Source: a virus. Taken from it: a DNA stretch of 64,000 bases. Shown piece by piece: positions 8,419-15,751 of the stretch. The position numbers and the translations under genes are program-made. The notes beneath the pieces were generated by a model. That model saw only the letters and a program-made list of their open reading frames with translations, had not been told where the DNA came from and made no database searches. The DNA is taken from the IMG/VR virus record IMGVR_UViG_3300027790_000002, one strand, 5' to 3'. Every line of letters starts with the position of its first letter. The first letter of the stretch is position 1.

Positions 8419-8940
8419 ATGACAGACCAACACAAACCTGAAATCACGCTAAAGTCAATCAAGCTGCATGAGGGGTTGAGCGAAGAAACCCCGGCATACA
8501 CCGCCACGCTGTGCGTGGACGGCAAGCCTTTTTGTCTGGTGTCGAACGCCGGGCACGGCGGCGGCGACGATTACCACCCGCTGAAAAACAGCAAGACGCC
8601 CCACAATGTCCTGTGGGACCAAATCAAGGCGCTGGACGAACGCATCGCCGACACCTATCCAAAGACTTCCTATGGCGAGGGCGACGAAAAGACAGAACTC
8701 GACGAAACGCTGGAATGCCTGTGCCACGGGCTGGCGTGGCGCGATGCGGACTTCAAACGCTTCAAGCGCATGCTGTCCCGCAAAATCGTCTTTATCAAAA
8801 ACGGCGGCGTGTTCACCATCAACCGGAAATGGGACTCGGCGCTGCTGCCTGCTTTTACGGAAAAGCACCCCACCGCCGAATTGCTCAACACCATGGCGCC
8901 GGACGCCGCCTTTGAAAAAGTGGCGGCGTTGGAATCATGA
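8419..8940 (+). CDS. hypothetical protein (~173 aa)
   Basis: ORF 8404..8940; start set to second ATG by analogy with ATGAAAGGG motif placement at three other genes. Confidence 0.45.
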   Translation: MTDQHKPEITLKSIKLHEGLSEETPAYTATLCVDGKPFCLVSNAGHGGGDDYHPLKNSKTPHNVLWDQIKALDERIADTYPKTSYGEGDEKTELDETLECLCHGLAWRDADFKRFKRMLSRKIVFIKNGGVFTINRKWDSALLPAFTEKHPTAELLNTMAPDAAFEKVAALES

Positions 8941-9188
8941 ACGTGCAAATTCACCTTGGCGGGGAAAACGGCGCCACACATACAGTCACTTACGATGACG
9001 GTCGAAAGCTGCACCTTGTTCCCTGCAACAGCCATGAACAGGCCCGCACTTTCGTTAAGGGCATAGAAGCCGGATACGCCGCCGCCTGCCTTCGGATTGC
9101 GGACGGAAAGCCAGACGTTTTTGATGCGACCAACGCCCAACGGAACGAAAAGGAACTTGAAGATGGGAACGAAAAACAACCCCGGTAA
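8937..9188 (+). CDS. hypothetical protein (83 aa)
   Basis: ATGA overlap with previous gene. Confidence 0.4.
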   Translation: MNVQIHLGGENGATHTVTYDDGRKLHLVPCNSHEQARTFVKGIEAGYAAACLRIADGKPDVFDATNAQRNEKELEDGNEKQPR

Positions 9189-9699
9189 ATTCGACTGCTA
9201 TCACGCGGCGGAGCCGGACGAACCAATGTTTGTTCTGCTGGCGCGCGACCCGCAGGCGCCAAACCTTGTGCGCGAATGGGCGAACCTTCGCCGCCTCTTG
9301 GACCTCAAAAACGAAGACGCGGCGAAGGTGGAGGAAGCGACCATGTGCGCCGACGCCATGGAGGCGTGGTTCAGGGAACACAGGCCCGACAAACTGAAAG
9401 AATGGAAAAACGAAATGCTGGCCGGGTTTTCCGACCGCAAACCGACCAGCGAATGGAACGAATACACTCATGAACTGACCGATGACGAGGGGCGTATCAA
9501 CGAACAGGCGCTGGTGACCGCCGTGCAGGTTTATGTGGCGCAGCAATATATGTGCCGCGCCAGCATCGCCGCCATTGCGCGCGTGTTCAACATCACGCCG
9601 GCGCTCGCCATCGCCGCCGTCAGGGGCCATTACCTTGGCTTTGTCGGCGGCGATGAAAGCGACCCGGTGAATTGCATTGCAGAATATGACGGAGAATAG
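9163..9699 (+). CDS. hypothetical protein (~178 aa)
   Basis: ORF 9097..9699; internal ATG 9163 behind AAGGAACTTGAAG. Confidence 0.4.
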   Translation: MGTKNNPGKFDCYHAAEPDEPMFVLLARDPQAPNLVREWANLRRLLDLKNEDAAKVEEATMCADAMEAWFREHRPDKLKEWKNEMLAGFSDRKPTSEWNEYTHELTDDEGRINEQALVTAVQVYVAQQYMCRASIAAIARVFNITPALAIAAVRGHYLGFVGGDESDPVNCIAEYDGE

Positions 9700-9702
9700 C
9701 CC

Positions 9703-9921
9703 ATGTTTCTGGTTATTGTGAACGGGCGCAAATGCGCGCTCGTGGAACGCCGCGAGACGGCGGACCAGTTGAAAGCCACCGCCGAAAAACTGGCGGCCCT
9801 GTTCAATGGCGCCGCGCCGGCGGTGGAGGTCGAAAACATGCCGCCGCTGGTGATGGGTGGCGGCGACGCCGCCGAACACCAAGCGCTCATGGCCATGATG
9901 ACCGCCCTACGCGACGGTTGA
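9703..9921 (+). CDS. hypothetical protein (72 aa)
   Basis: ORF track. Confidence 0.35.
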   Translation: MFLVIVNGRKCALVERRETADQLKATAEKLAALFNGAAPAVEVENMPPLVMGGGDAAEHQALMAMMTALRDG

Positions 9922-9974
9922 GAGCAGCCCCGAACCGGCCTAGCGTTTTGCTTTCACCATGAAAGGGAAACACT

Positions 9975-10607
9975 ATGGCCAATCTGTCTGTTTATGCCGG
10001 CGAGCCGGTTCAGCCCAGCCACCTTGCGGGCGACCTGCGTCATTTCAACATTACTCTTGAAGCCGCCAAGTCGTTTGGCATGCACATAGCCAAGGCCGCC
10101 GATGACCCGCGCAGTGTCGTCATGGTAGCTTTCCGCTACCCAAACGGTGACTCGCACACGGAGCGGCAAAAACCCTATTGCCTTGCCGGCGACCGCCCGA
10201 AAACAGCGGACGATGTGTCTGGCTGGTTCATTCAGACCGAAGCCGGCCATTTCGTCCCAACGCTTATTGAAGTGCCGGCGGGCAATCACCTTTATGAAAT
10301 CGATATTGCGTACACTGACGGAACTGGCGAAAGGGTCCGGGCGCAAATCAATGTCGGGCAAAGCAACTGGGTTTCGCCGCCTGCGGAAGATGAACCCATA
10401 CCTGCCTACTTCCCGCTGGACCTTCCGGTTTATATGTATGTGTCAGTGCATCCGACCGTGCGCGGCATTCCGGTGGACAAGGTGCAGGCGTTCTTGGAGG
10501 AATTGCGGACGCTTTACCGGGCATATGAATATGTGCCGCCGCAAACCACCGATGACGAAGGCGCAGACAATGACAACGGCGCCGACGCCGGCGACGGCAG
10601 CGCTTAA
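9975..10607 (+). CDS. hypothetical protein (210 aa), acidic C-terminus
   Basis: ORF track; ATGAAAGGGAA motif 16 nt upstream; GC hairpin 10624-10652 downstream. Confidence 0.45.
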   Translation: MANLSVYAGEPVQPSHLAGDLRHFNITLEAAKSFGMHIAKAADDPRSVVMVAFRYPNGDSHTERQKPYCLAGDRPKTADDVSGWFIQTEAGHFVPTLIEVPAGNHLYEIDIAYTDGTGERVRAQINVGQSNWVSPPAEDEPIPAYFPLDLPVYMYVSVHPTVRGIPVDKVQAFLEELRTLYRAYEYVPPQTTDDEGADNDNGADAGDGSA

Positions 10608-10719
10608 AACTTTGTTGACAAGCCAGGCGGCGCGGTTTAACCACGCCGCCTGAACGCTAGAGGCAATTATGTTTGCGCGCCTGGACATTCGAGAGATTGG
10701 CGAACCACACCCAGCAAGG

Positions 10720-10796
10720 CAGGGTGTGGCGCAGTCGGTCAGCGCGCTCGCCTCGGAAGCGAGAAGCCGCGGGTTCGAGTCCCGCCACCCTGACCA
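10720..10796 (+). tRNA. tRNA-Pro(CGG)
   Basis: acceptor CAGGGTG/CACCCTG, D GCGC/GCGC, anticodon stem CTCGC/GCGAG loop CTCGGAA, T GCGGG-TTCGAGT-CCCGC, A-CCA. Confidence 0.75.
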
Positions 10797-10833
10797 AATC
10801 CGAAAACAGACCACGACACGGCGCTAAATTTTA

Positions 10834-10911
10834 GCCGCCGTAGCTCAGTTGGTCAGAGCGCCGTCCTTGTAAGCCGGAAGTAGCGGGTTCGAATCCACGC
10901 CGGCGGCACCA
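10834..10911 (+). tRNA. tRNA-Thr(UGU), T stem with bulged A
   Basis: acceptor GCCGCCG/CGGCGGC, loop CTTGTAA, T loop TTCGAAT, A-CCA; one mismatch in anticodon stem. Confidence 0.6.
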
Positions 10912-10973
10912 AAATCCAGAAAGTCAGTACGATGAACAAGCGAAGGGAACACCGAGATATTAGCGCCTGACAA

Positions 10974-11049
10974 GGCGCGATGGTGTCATGGGTTAACATG
11001 GTTGACTGTCCATCAACAGCAACGGGTTCGAGTCCCGTTCGCGCCGCCA
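10974..11049 (+). tRNA. tRNA-Asp(GUC)
   Basis: acceptor GGCGCGA/TCGCGCC, anticodon stem GTTGA/TCAAC loop CTGTCCA, T ACGGG-TTCGAGT-CCCGT, G-CCA. Confidence 0.7.
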
Positions 11050-11064
11050 GTGCAGCAGGGCTTG

Positions 11065-11139
11065 CCCGGCGTAGCTCAGCGGTAGAGCGTCCGGCTGATA
11101 ACCGGAAGGGCGCGGGTTCAAATCCCGCCGCCGGCACCA
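11065..11139 (+). tRNA. tRNA-Ile(GAU)
   Basis: D GCTC-AGCGGTA-GAGC, anticodon stem TCCGG/CCGGA loop CTGATAA, T GCGGG-TTCAAAT-CCCGC, A-CCA; apparent C1-C72 mismatch. Confidence 0.65.
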
Positions 11140-11167
11140 GTTTTCGACAGCAACGCGCCTGAATTGT

Positions 11168-11242
11168 TGGCGCGTAGCTTAGTGGTAGAGCACTTGAATT
11201 TGACTCAAGGGGTCGGCGGTTCGAATCCTCCCGCGCCATCCA
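11168..11242 (+). tRNA. tRNA-Gln(UUG)
   Basis: U1-A72 first pair (GlnRS-type), anticodon stem CTTGA/TCAAG loop ATTTGAC, T loop TTCGAAT, T-CCA. Confidence 0.7.
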
Positions 11243-11308
11243 ACCCTTAAAGGTGAAAAAAATGAGACGACATCACGGGACTTTTCGAGAGCGCAGCGCG
11301 TAAACCGC

Positions 11309-11384
11309 GCAGCCTTCGTCTAGCGGTCTAGGATTCCGGCCTTTCAAGCCGGCGACGCCGGTTCAAATCCGGTAGGCTGCACCA
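11309..11384 (+). tRNA. tRNA-Glu(UUC)
   Basis: acceptor GCAGCCT/AGGCTGC, anticodon stem CCGGC/GCCGG loop CTTTCAA, T GCCGG-TTCAAAT-CCGGT, A-CCA. Confidence 0.75.
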
Positions 11385-11385
11385 T

Positions 11386-11462
11386 CCCGAAGTCGTCTAA
11401 CTGGTCAGGACGCTTGATTGTGGATCAGGAAATTACGGGTTCGAGTCCCTGCTTCGGGACCA
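11386..11462 (+). tRNA. tRNA-His(GUG), alphaproteobacterial type (A73, U at -1, no G-1)
   Basis: acceptor CCCGAAG/CTTCGGG, anticodon stem CTTGA/TCAGG loop TTGTGGA, T loop TTCGAGT, A-CCA. Confidence 0.65.
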
Positions 11463-11559
11463 AACAGAGAACGGTGTAAAAAATGTACGAAGTGTACGGA
11501 ACGTACAAACCGAAACGGAAACGGAACGCTTAGCGCAAGCCAGGCGGGCGTGCGCTTAT

Positions 11560-11637
11560 GGGCGCGCCGCCGTCTGGGAATGGCCACCGGCTTTTAACCG
11601 GTCACCTTGTCGGGTTCGAATCCCACCGCGCTCACCA
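11560..11637 (+). tRNA. tRNA-Lys(UUU)
   Basis: anticodon stem ACCGG/CCGGT loop CTTTTAA, T loop TTCGAAT with bulged C in 5' strand, 3' CGCGCTC-A-CCA. Confidence 0.6.
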
Positions 11638-11699
11638 CCTATTTGTTGGAGTCAACCAAATGGCTAAATTCAGGCGACGGCGACGCAACAGACTGAACT

Positions 11700-11775
11700 G
11701 TGCGCGTAGCTCAATGGACAGAGCCGCCGGCTTCTAACCGGCTCAATGCGGGTTCGACTCCTGCCGCGCACGCCA
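11700..11775 (+). tRNA. tRNA-Arg(UCU)
   Basis: acceptor GTGCGCG/CGCGCAC, D GCTC/GAGC, anticodon stem GCCGG/CCGGC loop CTTCTAA, T GCGGG-TTCGACT-CCTGC, G-CCA. Confidence 0.75.
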
Positions 11776-11778
11776 TGC

Positions 11779-11855
11779 AGCCCCGTGGCGCAATGGACTA
11801 GCGCAGCAGATTACGAATCTGAAGGTTCCGGGTTCGAGTCCCGGCGGGGCCGCCA
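11779..11855 (+). tRNA. tRNA-Arg(ACG)
   Basis: D GCGC-AATGGACTA-GCGC, loop TTACGAA, T CCGGG-TTCGAGT-CCCGG, 3' CGGGGCC-G-CCA; apparent A1-C72. Confidence 0.65.
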
Positions 11856-11862
11856 ATTTCAA

Positions 11863-11938
11863 GCGCGGCTACCTTAATGGACAGAGGGCCGGCTTCCGAA
11901 GCCGGAATGTCGGGGTTCGACTCCCCGGCCGCGCGCCA
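11863..11938 (+). tRNA. tRNA-Arg(CCG)
   Basis: acceptor GCGCGGC/GCCGCGC, anticodon stem CCGGC/GCCGG loop TTCCGAA, T CGGGG-TTCGACT-CCCCG, G-CCA. Confidence 0.75.
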
Positions 11939-11965
11939 TGTCATCATGGCATTTTCAGCGTCCTC

Positions 11966-12202
11966 TTATTTCGCGGCTTTCGGGCCGCAGGCTTTAGTGC
12001 GTTTCGCATCGTTCAGGGCCGCGTCAAGCGACAGCGCCGCGTTGCGAATGTGATCGTCGATCTCCGGCTCTGATAAATCGACGTTGCCGTTCAGGCCCCG
12101 AAGCTGTCGGGAATATTTTTCGATCCGGAGCAGCATTTTTTCAGCCGAAACATTCACTTGGCGGGTCCTTTCATTTAGCGTTCCGCCGGTCGATAGCGGC
12201 AA
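11966..12202 (-). CDS. hypothetical small protein (78 aa), last gene of minus-strand moron operon
   Basis: ORF track; ends ...KAAK* followed by conserved junction GAGGACGCTGAAAATG with no downstream ORF. Confidence 0.4.
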   Translation of the reverse strand: MPLSTGGTLNERTRQVNVSAEKMLLRIEKYSRQLRGLNGNVDLSEPEIDDHIRNAALSLDAALNDAKRTKACGPKAAK

Positions 12203-12401
12203 CCGCTTTCGCGATCCGCTTAACTAGGGAGTCACTGGCTTTGACGCGGGGGCATTTCATCGCCTCTGGCTTTTCGTTTCCAATAGGCCAGTATGCGACC
12301 TTATGAGCATCCCAAACCGGGAGCCGTCGCGAGACTGAAATAATGTGGCCGCCATGCTCAAAGCGGAGGTCGCCGCGCTTGCTCAATCCATAATCAGCCA
12401 T
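12171..12401 (-). CDS. hypothetical small protein (76 aa)
   Basis: ORF track; overlaps neighbours by a few codons. Confidence 0.4.
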   Translation of the reverse strand: MADYGLSKRGDLRFEHGGHIISVSRRLPVWDAHKVAYWPIGNEKPEAMKCPRVKASDSLVKRIAKAVAAIDRRNAK

Positions 12402-12669
12402 CGGCCGGTCCTCTTATTTCGGGTGGCGTCGGCGCGTTCATCCAATGTGTCGCAATCCCGTCGCCGCCGTCGTCTTCTGAATCGAATCTCACCGGCAAAA
12501 TGTTTCCATGGCGGTCAACCATGGCCTGACGATCTTCGTCGAACCAGCAATCAATGTAGCGCTCGCCGCGCAAATAATCTGCGCTAACGACGGCCCAGAC
12601 ATCAACCTTTTGTCGGTTTCTGGGGACGGTTGAAATCGGCTTCCATACGCTCACTTCGCGGGTCCTCAA
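12394..12669 (-). CDS. hypothetical small protein, DUF551-like (WKPIS...)
   Basis: ORF track; probable TTG/GTG start after GAGGAC SD. Confidence 0.4.
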   Translation of the reverse strand: MRTREVSVWKPISTVPRNRQKVDVWAVVSADYLRGERYIDCWFDEDRQAMVDRHGNILPVRFDSEDDGGDGIATHWMNAPTPPEIRGPADG

Positions 12670-12920
12670 AATACGTCGTCTTCGAGCGGTTCATATTCGG
12701 GAGGATCTGCCAAGATCGCCGCTTCGATCTTCGTCCATTCGTCGTCGGTGAGGCTTTCGCCTTCGGGCAGTCCGTAAACCGTTTTTTCAAATTCGATCTC
12801 GACCGGATCGCCGGGCATCCAGCAACCGCCCGCGAAGTAGTCTCCGCCGCCGCCATTTAGCCGATAGCAGACCATGACTTCTGTCCCGTCGGCGCGCGTA
12901 AAGTCATGATTGAATGACAT
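12666..12920 (-). CDS. hypothetical small protein (84 aa)
   Basis: ATG 12920 preceded by conserved TAATAAGAGGACGCTGAAAAATG junction. Confidence 0.45.
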   Translation of the reverse strand: MSFNHDFTRADGTEVMVCYRLNGGGGDYFAGGCWMPGDPVEIEFEKTVYGLPEGESLTDDEWTKIEAAILADPPEYEPLEDDVF

Positions 12921-12937
12921 TTTTCAGCGTCCTCTTA

Positions 12938-13234
12938 TTACGCGGCCTTGTCGGCCTGTTTTGGTTTCGCATCTGGAAACCAGCTTTCGAGATCGTCGAG
13001 CGCCCATTTCAGGCCGGTGATCTTACCGCTCACGCTGGATCGGCGAGCCGCGTCAAAGCTGCACTCTGGAATTTGATTCAGGGCTTGCGTCTGATTGTCG
13101 ATGAGGTTGCGCAGCCTGTCGCCAAGACGACCGGCGCGCTCGGCAATCTCGGCTTTGAACTGCGCCGTCACTGCCGCCTTCGCTTGGCGCTCGATGTCGC
13201 GCTCGCGGGGCGTATAGAGAGATTCATCAAGCAT
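12938..13234 (-). CDS. hypothetical small protein (98 aa)
   Basis: ATG 13234 preceded by TAAGGACGCTGAAAATG junction. Confidence 0.45.
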   Translation of the reverse strand: MLDESLYTPRERDIERQAKAAVTAQFKAEIAERAGRLGDRLRNLIDNQTQALNQIPECSFDAARRSSVSGKITGLKWALDDLESWFPDAKPKQADKAA

Positions 13235-13304
13235 TTTCAGCGTCCTTAGATTTGCAGCCGCGCGACGCGGCCGTCGGGGTGACGTTCATTTTATTGGTCC
13301 TTTC

Positions 13305-13884
13305 CTCACGCCTTCCGGCCGAGCTTTCGCGCGGCGGCCTTCCGGCTGATTGTTGCTTCCGAGACTTTCCACTTGCGCGCCATCTGCGGGATGCTGATCG
13401 CGTCGTCTTTCCAGTCCCGATCAAACTGCGCCCATGCGGCGCGATCAAGGTCGGCGAGGGCCTTCGGGCGCCCGCCGGGGTTTTTCTTGTGCTTCTCCGA
13501 GCCGCGCGCGTTCGCCGTCTGCGCCTGGCGCTTGTCGCGCGTCAGCGCCTTCGCAATCTTGGCATGGCTTTCGTCGGCGGTGAAATTCTCGGCCATATCA
13601 ATCACATAAACGCTGGCGCGCTGGTCCGTCACGGCGGCGAGAACGCTGAACAAGTCGCCCGCATTCGCCGCAAGGTGGAGCGGTGACAACACGCACAATT
13701 CGTCGCCGGGCCGCAGGATGGCGATCAGGTCGGCGCGTTCCGGGCGCGGGTCTTCGTCCGGGCGCGGTTTCCGCTTCCAGACCTTCTCCGCGATGATCTT
13801 GGCCGCGCCGACATCGGCGAGGGCTTCGCGCTGTTCCTCGACGGAAGCGCCCGCCTTGATCTTGGCCACATATCCAAATCGCAT
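13305..13884 (-). CDS. serine-recombinase (resolvase/invertase) family protein, N-terminal catalytic motif degenerate, C-terminal HTH
   Basis: MRFGY... start; GDELCVLSPLHL...DLFSVLAAV resembles resolvase core; ISIPQMARKWKVSEATISRKAAARKLG is the resolvase-type HTH; canonical RVST-xx-Q serine not evident. Confidence 0.5.
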
Positions 13885-14070
13885 AATTCACGCCTGCAAA
13901 ACTAGAACAGCTATTGACTTTTGACAAGAGGTTTTGATAAGAGGTTAAGAAGCGGGGTTTTGACGCTTATGCGCCGATTCCGCCGATGTCTTCAGGAACT
14001 ACCGCGCAGGGGTGCGCAAGCGCGGCGCCGCCCGCAAGGATAACCAAGGCGACACCCCACAGGAGGCAGG

Positions 14071-14280
14071 ATGTATCTCGAAGTTGACCATCTCCACACG
14101 AACCGCGAGGGCATGGGGTTTTGTTGTCCCCATTGCCTGCAAATGGGTTTTGATGGCCGCGCTGACAGTGACGAATGGCAAGAGGTCAAGTGCTCAGAAT
14201 GCGGTGAGCCTTTTGCAATTCGCGGCGTCGTCACCGTCGAAGGGCAGAGCGGTGTCATTAACGACCGCATAGAAGATTAG
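14071..14280 (+). CDS. small zinc-ribbon-like protein (CCPHC...CSEC)
   Basis: ORF track; SD AGGAGG. Confidence 0.35.
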   Translation: MYLEVDHLHTNREGMGFCCPHCLQMGFDGRADSDEWQEVKCSECGEPFAIRGVVTVEGQSGVINDRIED

Positions 14281-14389
14281 TCACGAGAGGCACCTTAAAG
14301 TCTTTTGTTGACGGCGCCGCGCTTTGGCCGTAGGTCGGCGCCATGACCCCAGCCGCTTCCCATAACCGATATCGCCGCCCGTAGGTTCC

Positions 14390-14476
14390 GGGCGAGTATG
14401 CAAGCGGTCGAAGCGAGCGGGCTGTAACCCCGCACATTGGAAACGTCGGGGGTTCGAATCCACCCCTCGCCCACCA
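14390..14476 (+). tRNA. tRNA-Tyr(GUA), class II (long variable arm)
   Basis: acceptor GGGCGAG/CTCGCCC, anticodon stem GCGGG/CCCGC loop CTGTAAC, T loop TTCGAAT (3' strand CC-A-CCC bulge), A-CCA; 87 nt. Confidence 0.65.
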
Positions 14477-14662
14477 TCTGCAAATTCAGGATATTTTATT
14501 CAAATCTTATTCACGGTTGACAGTGTCAACGGCGCGCGCCTAGATGGTCCTTGATTTGCACCGCCGCAGGAAGTCCGCCTGCGGAATGACACGGCCAACG
14601 GGAGTAAGGACACATGAAAAACGGTCTGAACATCGCGATATTATGGCGACTCTCGAATTTTG

Positions 14663-14739
14663 GCGCGTGTAGCTCAGTCGGTAGAGCCGCCTCCTCATAA
14701 GAGGTAGGGTCGCAAGTTCAAGTCTTGCCACGCGCACCA
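14663..14739 (+). tRNA. tRNA-Met(CAU), elongator or Ile2-type (no GGG/CCC in anticodon stem)
   Basis: acceptor GCGCGTG/CACGCGC, D GCTC/GAGC, loop CTCATAA, T GCAAG-TTCAAGT-CTTGC, A-CCA. Confidence 0.7.
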
Positions 14740-14741
14740 AT

Positions 14742-14816
14742 AGCGGTGTCCGTCTAATGGTAAGACAGCAGTCTCCAAAACTGAAAATGTGGGTTCGATT
14801 CCCGCCGCCGCTGCCA
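14742..14816 (+). tRNA. tRNA-Trp(CCA)
   Basis: loop CTCCAAA, T GTGGG-TTCGATT-CCCGC, 3' CGCCGCT-G-CCA. Confidence 0.65.
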
Positions 14817-14819
14817 AAT

Positions 14820-14900
14820 CCCCCCGTGGGCAAATTTTGGTAAAGTCACCGGTCTTAAAAACCGGCAGCGTTGCGGGTTCGAGTCCCGCCGGGGGGACCA
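14820..14900 (+). tRNA. tRNA-Leu(UAA)-like, atypical: class-II-type D arm but short (7 nt) variable loop
   Basis: acceptor CCCCCCG/CGGGGGG, D GGC-AAATTTTGGTAAA-GTC, anticodon stem CCGGT/ACCGG loop CTTAAAA, T GCGGG-TTCGAGT-CCCGC, A73-CCA; 81 nt. Confidence 0.55.
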
Positions 14901-14907
14901 ACCACAA

Positions 14908-14984
14908 GGGCTCGTAGCTCAGCCTGGGAGAGCAACGGTTTTGCACGCCGCAGGTCGTCAGTTCAAATCTGACCGGGTCCACCA
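14908..14984 (+). tRNA. tRNA-Ala(UGC)
   Basis: G3-U70 wobble identity pair present; GCTCAGCCTGGGAGAGC D arm; loop TTTGCAC; T GTCAG-TTCAAAT-CTGAC; A-CCA. Confidence 0.75.
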
Positions 14985-14989
14985 GCAAC

Positions 14990-15069
14990 GCCTCGCTGGG
15001 CAAATTTTGGTAAAGTCGTCTGATTTAGGATCAGAAGTTTTCCCGGTTCGAGTCCGGGGCGGGGCACCA
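14990..15069 (+). tRNA. tRNA-Leu(UAG)-like, atypical (same D arm as 14820 tRNA, 6-nt variable loop)
   Basis: D GGC-AAATTTTGGTAAA-GTC identical 22-nt to other Leu-like; anticodon stem TCTGA/TCAGA loop TTTAGGA; T CCCGG-TTCGAGT-CCGGG; A-CCA. Confidence 0.55.
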
Positions 15070-15145
15070 CAAAACAGCGCGGCAAGATCCCGCGCAATGA
15101 AAGGTTAGAACGATGCCAGACGATTCAAGTTCGTCCAGCGAGAAA

Positions 15146-15231
15146 GGAAGGGTGGCAGAGCGGTAATGCAGCGGCTTGCTAAGCCGTAGGGCCTCATGGT
15201 TCCGCCGGTTCGACTCCGGCCCCTTCCGCCA
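15146..15231 (+). tRNA. tRNA-Ser(GCU), class II
   Basis: acceptor GGAAGGG/CCCTTCC, loop TTGCTAA, long variable arm, T GCCGG-TTCGACT-CCGGC, G-CCA. Confidence 0.7.
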
Positions 15232-15235
15232 ATTT

Positions 15236-15321
15236 GGAGGGCGCCGCTCGATGGTAGGCAACCGGTCCCGAAAACCGGGGTGGCGTTCGCGTCAGTGGTT
15301 CGACTCCGCCGCCCTCCGCCA
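15236..15321 (+). tRNA. tRNA-Ser(CGA), class II, apparent C33
   Basis: acceptor GGAGGGC/GCCCTCC, anticodon stem CCGGT/ACCGG loop CCCGAAA (cf E. coli serU CTCGAAA), T loop TTCGACT, G-CCA. Confidence 0.6.
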
Positions 15322-15396
15322 AATTCAGAACCTTTTGAGGTCGGCTGGCCAACGGGCTGCAGACTGAAACGCCCGGGCCTTCCTCAAAGGGTTTGC

Positions 15397-15471
15397 CGCG
15401 CGGTAGCTCAGCGGTAGAGCGCCGGTTTGAAGGGCCGGGCGTCGTGGGTTCAATCCCCACCCGCGCAACCA
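15397..15471 (+). tRNA. tRNA-Phe(GAA)
   Basis: D GCTC-AGCGGTA-GAGC, loop TTGAAGG, T GTGGG-TTCAATC-CCCAC, 3' CCGCGCA-A-CCA; apparent C1-A72. Confidence 0.65.
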
Positions 15472-15514
15472 TGTTAATTTTCGCCCCCTCATTTGAGGGC
15501 GAAAAAATGAACAC

Positions 15515-15590
15515 AGGGGCGTAGCTCAGTGCGAAGAGCGGCTGTTTTACACACAGCGGGTCGCGGGTTCGATTCCTGCCGCCCCCACCA
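15515..15590 (+). tRNA. tRNA-Val(UAC)
   Basis: anticodon stem GCTGT/ACAGC loop TTTACAC, T GCGGG-TTCGATT-CCTGC, 3' CGCCCCC-A-CCA. Confidence 0.7.
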
Positions 15591-15595
15591 GTTTC

Positions 15596-15668
15596 GCGGG
15601 CTTCCTCCAGGTGAGGTAAGGGCCTTCCAAGCCCCCACGGTCGGGTTCGAGTCCCACAGTCCGCTCCA
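15596..15668 (+). tRNA. tRNA-Gly(UCC)
   Basis: U73 discriminator and TCCA end typical of Gly; loop CTTCCAA; T loop TTCGAGT with bulged C. Confidence 0.65.
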
Positions 15669-15673
15669 GTTTT

Positions 15674-15750
15674 TGGGATAGGGCCCCGCTGGTAGGGGCG
15701 CATGGCTGTTAACCATGTCGCTGCAGGTTCGAGTCCTGCTATCCCAGCCA
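15674..15750 (+). tRNA. tRNA-Asn(GUU)
   Basis: acceptor TGGGATA/TATCCCA, anticodon stem CATGG/CCATG loop CTGTTAA, T GCAGG-TTCGAGT-CCTGC, G-CCA. Confidence 0.7.
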
Positions 15751-15751
15751 G

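Noticed and set aside
15477-15506. Hairpin flanked by T-run and A-run, considered as terminator
   Set aside because: The U-run lies 5' of the stem on both strands, so it is an extended hairpin, not an intrinsic terminator.
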